A DNA stretch of 64,000 bases from Nitrosopumilus sp. GTDB lineage: Archaea > Thermoproteota > Nitrososphaeria > Nitrososphaerales > Nitrosopumilaceae. Of the stretch, positions 19,596-26,414 are shown one piece after another; within the stretch, counting starts at the first letter, position 1; the number at the start of each line of letters is the position of its first letter. The stretch is from NCBI GenBank assembly GCA_965214775.1, contig OZ243974.1, positions 1,856,001 through 1,920,000 on the forward strand, written 5' to 3'. Made by a program: the position numbers and the translations under genes. The notes beneath the pieces are model-generated. The model ran no database searches. It was given only the letters and a program-made list of their open reading frames with translations, and was not told the DNA's origin.

Positions 19596-21146
19596 TTGGC
19601 ACACACGGACAATGCAAAGTACGTAGAGAGAGGGGCAGGCCTGGTCGTCAAGTACGACCCCGGCTGGGAGAAGGATCTCAAGGCTGCCAACTGCCACAAG
19701 GAGGAGGGCGCCCCGTTCCTGTACGCCGAAGGCATGATAATGGCCGCAGCCGCCCTCAGGACCGCATTCATGCTAAAATACAGGCAGCTGTCAGGCATGC
19801 TCGGGGAGATGCTAAAGGGTGCGGACTCGCCGTGTTACACCACGATATTCAGAAGGATACAGAAGCTTGACGTAGATATTGCAGAGAACATAATTACGGT
19901 GCGCGACAAGACCTGTAACCTGGTCATGATATCTGACGCCACGGGCCTCAAGCAGCACAACCGGGGCGAGTGGATATGCAAGAAATGGAAGGTAAGGCGA
20001 GGATTCGTCAAGATGCACCTGATGGTTGATGCAGACACCAAGCAGGTGCTGGCAGTATCTGTCACAAGTGATGCAATCGGCGACAGCACGGAACTGCCGG
20101 CACTGCTTGAGGAGGCGGCCAAGAACATCAAGAAAGAGAAGGAGGAAGAGGAGCAGAACCGCACCGACAGCGCGGATGCAGTCAAGAACATCAAGAAGGA
20201 AGAGGAGCAGAACCGCACCGACAGCGCGGATGCAGTCAAGAACATCAAGAAGGAAGAGGAGCAGAACCGCACCGACAGCGCGGATGCAGTCAAGAACATC
20301 AAGAAGGAAGAGGAGCAGAACCGCACCGACAGCGCGGATGCAGTCAAGAACATCAAGAAGGAAGAGGAGCAGAACCGCACCGACAGCGCGGATGCAGTCA
20401 AGAACATCAAGAAGGAAGAGGAGCAGAACCGCACCGACAGCGCGGATGCAGTCAAGAACATCAAGAAGGAAGAGGAGCAGAACCGCACCGACAGCGCGGA
20501 TGCAGTCAAGAACATCAAGAAGGAAGAGGAGCAGAACCGCACCGACAGCGCGGATGCAGTCAAGAACATCAAGAAGGAAGAGGAGCAGAACCGCACCGAC
20601 AGCGCGGATGCAGTCAAGAACATCAAGAAGGAAGAGGAGCAGAACCGCACCGACAGCGCGGATGCAGTCAAGATCCCCAACATGCTTGCAGACGGGACAT
20701 CGCCGCTGGCTGTACTCGGTACCGGCGCGAATCCAGATATACCGGGAAAGATCCTGCTTGCAGACGGCGGATACGGCTCGAGGAAAAACGTAGCCGAGTG
20801 TCACAAACGCGGCATAAAACCGCTCATACGGCTTTTGACAAGTTGCAATGCAAAGGGCAAGGGCACCGGCGACAAGTGGGGCATGCTTGTACGGTGGCAG
20901 CTTGGGGGCGGCCCCGAGGTGCCTGTGGGTGATCTCTCAAAGGAGGAAAGACAGGAGAACCTGCGGTACTGGAAGAGCACGGTCGGCTTTGGCAGCAGAT
21001 GGATCGTCGAGATCGTGATATCGGCCATAAAGCGTATGTTCGGCGAATGTGTAATGGCCCTCAAGTGGTCCAATATAGTGCAGGAAGTAAAGCTGAGGAT
21101 ATGGCTGTACAACAAGTGGATAGCAGAGGCGGTGGCTGCCGTGTAG
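19596..21146 (+). CDS. IS5-family DDE transposase with an internal 18-aa repeat expansion
   Basis: ISDATGLK, VKMHLMVD, LADGGYGS, RWIVEIVISAIKRMFG. Confidence 0.88.
   Translation: MAHTDNAKYVERGAGLVVKYDPGWEKDLKAANCHKEEGAPFLYAEGMIMAAAALRTAFMLKYRQLSGMLGEMLKGADSPCYTTIFRRIQKLDVDIAENIITVRDKTCNLVMISDATGLKQHNRGEWICKKWKVRRGFVKMHLMVDADTKQVLAVSVTSDAIGDSTELPALLEEAAKNIKKEKEEEEQNRTDSADAVKNIKKEEEQNRTDSADAVKNIKKEEEQNRTDSADAVKNIKKEEEQNRTDSADAVKNIKKEEEQNRTDSADAVKNIKKEEEQNRTDSADAVKNIKKEEEQNRTDSADAVKNIKKEEEQNRTDSADAVKNIKKEEEQNRTDSADAVKNIKKEEEQNRTDSADAVKIPNMLADGTSPLAVLGTGANPDIPGKILLADGGYGSRKNVAECHKRGIKPLIRLLTSCNAKGKGTGDKWGMLVRWQLGGGPEVPVGDLSKEERQENLRYWKSTVGFGSRWIVEIVISAIKRMFGECVMALKWSNIVQEVKLRIWLYNKWIAEAVAAV
20121..20669 (+). 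repeat. 54-bp tandem repeat, 9 identical copies plus one 63-bp variant
   Basis: aagaacatcaagaaggaagaggagcagaaccgcaccgacagcgcggatgcagtc = KNIKKEEEQNRTDSADAV. Confidence 0.95.
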
Positions 21147-21366
21147 GAACCGGGCGCCGGTCATGATCCGGGAGGACTGACTTGGCTCTAGTCGGAGTTA
21201 TGCAACAAACTAGGTAGTATGGCAGTTATCAGTATGGTGATGACCTTAACTGGTCAATCAGGTGTTGTGGATTTACACAACATCCATTGTTTTTAGTTAA
21301 TCTTGATTTAGTGTGATATGGTGTTGGATTGAAATGATATTTACTGTGTGGTGGCCAACTTGTCTT

Positions 21367-21440
21367 GGACTCGTAGCACAGTCAGGATAGTGCGGGCGGC
21401 TTCGGACCGCCAGGTCAAGGGATCGAAGCCCTCCGTACTT
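21367..21440 (+). pseudogene. tRNA-Arg(TCG)-like gene with broken 3' acceptor strand
   Basis: GCAC/GTGC D stem, GGCGG-CTTCGGA-CCGCC anticodon arm, AGGG-ATCGAAG-CCCT T arm; 3' CGTACTT does not pair with 5' GGACTCG. Confidence 0.75.
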
Positions 21441-21472
21441 GATCTGAGTAGTTTATTAGATTCAACTTGTGA

Positions 21473-21832
21473 GTGAATGCATTGAGAGTTTTAGCTCATC
21501 CAGAGGATTTTTTACCGGCGTATAATCGACTTCAAAGTCAACTACAAATAAACAAGGTCATGTTAGAAGCTATAGACAATGTTAAACAGCAATTACAAAG
21601 TTCTGACAAGCCATTAGGAGTACATCATAAGAAAAAGCAAATTCCACAATATTACAAAAAGCGATATAATCTGCAAGCTTTGTATCCTTTTGACATGCCT
21701 GACTATCACAGGCTCGTGTATACTACAAGGCGTTCTACTACGGATGGAAGGATCGAGGTAATGTTTTTGGAACTTTTAACACACGATCAATACAACAAGC
21801 GATTTGGCTATTTTAAGAAGAAATCACACTGA
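21473..21832 (+). CDS. Putative RelE-like toxin
   Basis: Basic 119 aa with IPQYY...HRLVYT...LELLTHDQYNKRFGY, a RelE-type C-terminal pattern. Confidence 0.6.
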   Translation: MNALRVLAHPEDFLPAYNRLQSQLQINKVMLEAIDNVKQQLQSSDKPLGVHHKKKQIPQYYKKRYNLQALYPFDMPDYHRLVYTTRRSTTDGRIEVMFLELLTHDQYNKRFGYFKKKSH

Positions 21833-21880
21833 TAAGTACAGGATGAGATAGTTATATACTAGTTAGTACATAGTTGTTGT

Positions 21881-22255
21881 ATGTATGCGGCCAGAGGATT
21901 GGAAAATTCTATTTTAAAAGACAACTCCAAAGGTGAATTTTTAAAAATATTGATCGAAAGGCAGGAAGACAAACTTGATACTCTCGTAAAAAAACTTGCA
22001 GAAAAGAACAATCCAAGACTATTAAGTATAAAGAAAGTGGAGAATCTTTTCAAAAAAAACATAGAATTTAACTCACGAAGTCACTTGTTGCGTGAGCTAA
22101 AGGGAAGTATGAAAGCCCCAGTACTCAATACTATAATTGCTCATTTTGTATCGGAAAATAAGCTCGTTGTTAATGATGATCATTCTTTAACATGGATTGA
22201 TGCAGAAGGCAATGAAAAATTAAATAGAGTATTTGAAAAGGCCGTCCCACTCTAA
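21881..22255 (+). CDS. Winged-helix protein, putative cognate antitoxin
   Basis: SRSHLLRELKGSM...VLNTIIAHFVSENKL helix-turn-helix plus wing; follows the toxin-like gene. Confidence 0.55.
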   Translation: MYAARGLENSILKDNSKGEFLKILIERQEDKLDTLVKKLAEKNNPRLLSIKKVENLFKKNIEFNSRSHLLRELKGSMKAPVLNTIIAHFVSENKLVVNDDHSLTWIDAEGNEKLNRVFEKAVPL

Positions 22256-22271
22256 ACATTTCTACATTTCT

Positions 22272-22319
22272 GAACTGGGAAGTTATCGGCGGATAATGCT
22301 AGCTGGGAAACGTCGGTAG
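22272..22319. repeat. 48-bp dispersed repeat, copy 1 (copy 2 at 23767-23814)
   Basis: 39/48 identical; each copy holds two CTGGGAAnnnnCGG units. Confidence 0.7.
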
Positions 22320-22521
22320 GTAAGATTCTAACAACTGTATTACAGATAATGTAGTTAATACATAAAAAAACGGAAGCAGTCTGACAATGTTTTTTTTGGT
22401 GAAAGATCTAAAGATCAGCTGCACTATACGCAAGTGCATGCATGCATCACAAGGACGGCCTGTCACCAGATGGGATTGCAGAAAACCTCGACATGTCAGG
22501 ATCCACCGTATCGAGAGGCAT

Positions 22522-22648
22522 GTCAGTACTTCCTAGATGTGCTTTTGCAGACCCGGCACGCCATAGCCGCTAACTTCGTTTACGCATAAGATCTTCTCCA
22601 AATTACGTAATTACCGTGCCTGTAAAAGTACACCTAGGAACTACTGAC
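22522..22648. mobile_element. 127-bp MITE, copy 2
   Basis: Identical to 18770-18896, same orientation. Confidence 0.85.
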
Positions 22649-22684
22649 GTAAACGTAGGGATCCAATAGGGTACAAACCACCAA

Positions 22685-22721
22685 GTCTTGGCTCGGTATA
22701 TTTTGGCTAGGCTTTTGCCAC
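22685..22721 (+). repeat. Right copy of the 37-bp direct repeat
   Basis: Matches 18733-18769 at 35/37. Confidence 0.85.
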
Positions 22722-23720
22722 CCTCATCAGATCTGCAATTCTGATATCCATTCCGAACCTGTCTTCGTTTTTCTTCATGTAGCGGAAAATCGCCAAAAAG
22801 TCAGGAAGCGACTTGAAAAAGCTAAAGTCCTTTCTGATCTTTGACCTTACAAAGTTGAACACCTTGGCATATACCTTGTAATGCTTCTCTACTGCCTTTT
22901 CGTATGCCTTGAAATCGTGCATGTTCTCCAGGAAGATTTCCACGCACTGCATTGACGGGATTATTCCCTCGCCCAACAACGCATAAACCGTTCCTATGGA
23001 CTCCCCGACTCCGACAACCTTTCCTGAATAGTACGGCTTGCACCTGTCAGGAGTGGCCAGCCTGATTGGGCGGCCCTTTGTTTTTATGATCTTGCCTCCG
23101 TGTTTTTTCAAAAACTCGTCTGTTGCCCTGATGTGGTTTTTGTTGTAGTCCCCGGCGCCAACATGTGCCCATTTTTCCCCTAGCGGGAAATACCAAAAGT
23201 ATCCCGACATTCCCGGGAACGGCTCGATATAGAAATCATCGTACGGGACCCCGTCTTCGTACTCGACCTTGTATTCGTAGGTTGGCAAAAAAAAGTCCTC
23301 CTTTAATTTTGGCAAAAATACCCTGTGAAAACCGGTACAGTCTACGATCATGTCGTATTCCCTTTCAAGATCCTCTGTTGATGGAGACTTTCCGTAGATG
23401 ACTCTCGAGTCCTTGATGAAATCCTTGATTAGTCCGATTTTGTCATATGTGCAAAGGCCGTGCAGGCCGATGTCAAATTTCACGTCATTGTTCATTTTGA
23501 CATGCATGCTTTTTCCGTCATGAATCAGATAGTCATTAAAATCCCTGCCTGTCTTTTTGCAGTATTCGGCAAGGATTGGCTTGATTGTACCCCAGGCACA
23601 GATTGAGTCATGCCTCTCTTTGGGATTCAGCTCGTATCCCGTGACATCGTGCTCAGAATCTTTGAGCCTTGCCACCAGGTAGGAACCTGCAACGCCCATT
23701 CCCATTACCGCAATCTTCAA
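22707..23720 (-). CDS. NAD(P)/FAD-dependent oxidoreductase, geranylgeranyl-reductase-like
   Basis: KIAVMGMGVAG Rossmann motif, GYFWYFP, VGESIG...GEGI; TTG start inferred. Confidence 0.85.
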   Translation of the reverse strand: MKIAVMGMGVAGSYLVARLKDSEHDVTGYELNPKERHDSICAWGTIKPILAEYCKKTGRDFNDYLIHDGKSMHVKMNNDVKFDIGLHGLCTYDKIGLIKDFIKDSRVIYGKSPSTEDLEREYDMIVDCTGFHRVFLPKLKEDFFLPTYEYKVEYEDGVPYDDFYIEPFPGMSGYFWYFPLGEKWAHVGAGDYNKNHIRATDEFLKKHGGKIIKTKGRPIRLATPDRCKPYYSGKVVGVGESIGTVYALLGEGIIPSMQCVEIFLENMHDFKAYEKAVEKHYKVYAKVFNFVRSKIRKDFSFFKSLPDFLAIFRYMKKNEDRFGMDIRIADLMRVAKA

Positions 23721-23766
23721 GACGTCTTGCAAATCCTCCGGGCCTAATAAATACACTTTCTGAAAG

Positions 23767-23814
23767 GAACTGGGAAGTTTACGGTAGATGATTCTCCCTG
23801 GGAAATGTCGGTAG
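23767..23814. repeat. 48-bp dispersed repeat, copy 2
   Basis: Matches 22272-22319 at 39/48. Confidence 0.7.
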
Positions 23815-23918
23815 ATCTAATAAATAAAAAATAGTTACAAGGTTCTGTGTAATCTACGTTTGGTATTTTGCCGTGTTCACTGTCGTTTGGCGGGATTTTA
23901 TGAATGGGACTGTTAAGT

Positions 23919-24039
23919 CAGTCTTCCCGGATGTACCAGACTCATGGCGGTGCAGGTGGCGACATGCGGGCCTGCAGGCAGTCTGATCTGTATTATTTCG
24001 GGTTTGGAGCCGTCTTGTGGGTAACTTCTGGGAAGACTG
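23919..24039. mobile_element. 121-bp MITE (CAGTCTTCCC-ended family)
   Basis: TIR CAGTCTTCCCGGATGT / ACTTCTGGGAAGACTG. Confidence 0.8.
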
Positions 24040-24086
24040 ATGTTGTAGAAATCTTATTAAAATCACTCAAACTTTAGTTCTAGGAC

Positions 24087-24500
24087 ATGACTGAAAAATT
24101 CAATAGTAAAATCCAGGTTGCGAGAAGAGCCGTTACTTACTTTGGAAGCCAATCCATCTCCAATGATGCGTCAGCCATCTTCGAACTGGTCAAGAACGCA
24201 AGAGATGCTGATGCGAAAAAAGTCTTCATCACATTTGAGAATATGGGAAAGAAGAATGCCAGGATAGTAATCGAGGATAACGGGCATGGAATGACAGACG
24301 ACGACATAATGAAAAAATGGCTCGTGGCAGGAACCGATACAAAAATTGAGAATCCCAAATCAAAGGATGGCAGAACAGTTTGGGGCGAAATGGGTATTGG
24401 AAGATTCGCATGCGAAAAACTCTCCAAAAAGACCACCATGTTATCATACCCAAAGAACAGAAAGAACATGATCCAAATGACTTTTGACTGGGAACTTTAC
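24087..24500 (+). pseudogene. Truncated GHKL (MORC/HATPase_c_3-like) ATPase
   Basis: ELVKNARDADA, IEDNGHGM, GEMGIGRF; similarity stops at FDWELY. Confidence 0.8.
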
Positions 24501-24927
24501 AAAAAACTTTACCGATGTATGTCACCACAGCAAGGAGGAAAACTCTCTTTTCCCGGCACTAGAACAGGAGGGCGGAATGCCCAAAAACACAGGACTTGTC
24601 GCAATGATGTTGATGGATCACGAGCGTTCTCGCCAGATAGGACGCAGCATGGAGGAATCCGCCAGGGAGTATCTTTCATCGGGAGACCCTGCAAATCTCA
24701 TCAGTCACATGAAGTGGTATGTGGAGCACATCACAGAACATTTGTGGAAGGAGAACAATCGGCTGTTCATGATGGCAGAAGCCCGACTGCAGCATGTCTC
24801 TGAAAAAGTGGACAGGAAACTCCATGAAATTGAGGACTCGCGGCCGGGCGGTTTGGGGAAATCCAGAGAGCACTATGAGCAGCTGGCTGAAAACCTTGCA
24901 AAGGACGTAGCGGCAAATCAGGACTGA
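24496..24927 (+). pseudogene. 5'-truncated hemerythrin (HHE) domain protein
   Basis: CHHSKEENSLFP, MLMDHE, HLWKENNRLF; first helix missing. Confidence 0.78.
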
Positions 24928-25222
24928 TCCCCTTGGCAGATAGCGTGTTTGGTCAGGTAGTGGGGGGGGTGGTTGTTTCCTAATTCGCAGGAATTCCCGA
25001 AAACCGTTGAGATGCCAGCCAGCTAGGCACGAAGATCACGGTCATTCATGCTAATTCGTGCCTGATTGATGAGGGCAGGCGGCCCGCACCTTTTGCACGA
25101 CTGATCCGTGTGGGAAACGTGACCGCATACTGCAAAAGGGTGAAAATTCAGAAAAATATGTAGATTGAGTCAGGCAGGCGGAATCAGGAAATAGTCCCCC
25201 CTTCAGTAAAAGAATTGCGGGC

Positions 25223-25516
25223 TCAGGTGAAATAGTGCTGTGTTGGCGTCGGGGGTCTTGAGAGAAACAGTAGCAACAAAAGAATTACAGGTGAAAAAAT
25301 AATGTACTTGAGAGGAGTCTTGTTAATCACATAGAAAGGAATGCCGATAATTCCGATTATCACTACCGCATCCACTACCTCAAATGGGACCATCTGACCA
25401 AAAACATAGATTTTGTTTGATGTAAGCAAGAGTAATACGAACATCACCGCACTAATTCCAGTGATTACCAGAGCATTCTGCACGATCTTCTGTTTGTTCA
25501 TATCTGACAGTTTCAT
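25223..25516 (-). CDS. Small membrane protein
   Basis: Three hydrophobic segments; start uncertain. Confidence 0.5.
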   Translation of the reverse strand: MKLSDMNKQKIVQNALVITGISAVMFVLLLLTSNKIYVFGQMVPFEVVDAVVIIGIIGIPFYVINKTPLKYIIFSPVILLLLLFLSRPPTPTQHYFT

Positions 25517-26032
25517 GTTTATGATAAAAAAGTAACTGATCGGATTCCGGAAACCGTTTCTGATTTTGGGCACAGACTCCGTTTTGATCGGCGTTCACTA
25601 GTAGCAAAATTCACGCTTGGATTTCCAGGGCCCGATCAGTTATAACAACGAGTAGAAATAATTGAGGTTTTTTACATGTAGTTATGACCTATTTTGACTC
25701 AAAGACTTCTGCCAGTTGCTATACGTTGCTTTATTACGTATAATATATTGCCAGAACCAATCCATCTGCACATGCGCAGAATAATAGATCCTAATTCCTA
25801 TTTCTTTCAGAGCGATTTCGTCACTTTGACTTGTTAATATGCTTGTCAATGTTATCTAACAATTCTGAAAAACATTCACCCTTGATAACGTGTTCTTGTT
25901 TATTAAATTCCATCTTTGCTTTCTCCACCTGTTCCTTACTTTGTAATCTCGTTTGTTCTACTATTTCGCCATCTGCTACACTTGCCATGGTCTCACCAAT
26001 ATTGTTGTGTTAATTAAACTTATTTCTCTTTC

Positions 26033-26153
26033 CAGTCTTCCCAGAAGTAACCGATTCGTGGTGGCGCAGGAGGTGATATGCGGATCTGCAGGCATCCTCA
26101 TTTGAATTGTTTCGAACCTGGGATAATTTGATGTGGTACTTTTGGGAAGACTG
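26033..26153. mobile_element. 121-bp MITE (CAGTCTTCCC-ended family)
   Basis: TIR CAGTCTTCCCAGAAGTA / TACTTTTGGGAAGACTG; same length as 23919-24039. Confidence 0.8.
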
Positions 26154-26229
26154 CTTTGCATGAAGGATAATTTGATCTCGTTGTGAAGGAAATATCACCA
26201 ATATTGAAATTTTCATGCTTCTCCTACAA

Positions 26230-26411
26230 TAGACCTTATGCGTAATCGCAAGAGTTTACCCTTCAGGCGACACTACTGACTGGAGCCTTCATGATCACGC
26301 CTGCCACGCCGTATCTCAGGCGAGGGGTAAACTTTTACTGCGTAATCTATTCAAAACTAGGATTATTACGAACAAATTCATCCCGTTCAGGTCGATTACG
26401 CATAAAGTCTA
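26230..26411. mobile_element. 82-bp MITE interrupted by a 91-bp MITE
   Basis: TAGACCTTATGCGTAATC / GATTACGCATAAAGTCTA; 82 bp after removing the insert and its TSD. Confidence 0.75.
26248..26338. mobile_element. 91-bp IS66-type MITE
   Basis: GCAAGAGTTTACCC / GGGGTAAACTTTTAC; perfect 9-bp TSD TGCGTAATC. Confidence 0.9.
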
Positions 26412-26414
26412 ATC

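Larger units (their letters stand above)
19481..21212 (+). mobile_element. IS5-family insertion sequence
   Basis: TIR AGTTTGTTGCATAAC; 8-bp TSD GGTAGTAT (19473-19480 / 21213-21220). Confidence 0.9.

Noticed and set aside
20121-20669. 54-bp array as a CRISPR
   Set aside because: Head-to-tail units without spacers, in frame within a transposase
19812-20804. Long alternative-frame ORFs over the repeat
   Set aside because: Artefacts of a stop-free repeat unit
22395-22521. Possible IS630 N-terminal HTH remnant (DGIAENLDMSGSTVSR)
   Set aside because: Too short and degenerate to call
24087-24803. 238-aa ORF as a complete protein
   Set aside because: C-terminal part is out-of-frame read-through of the hemerythrin sequence
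25700-26216. Fragmented minus-strand ORFs around the MITE
   Set aside because: Multiple stops and no recognisable family
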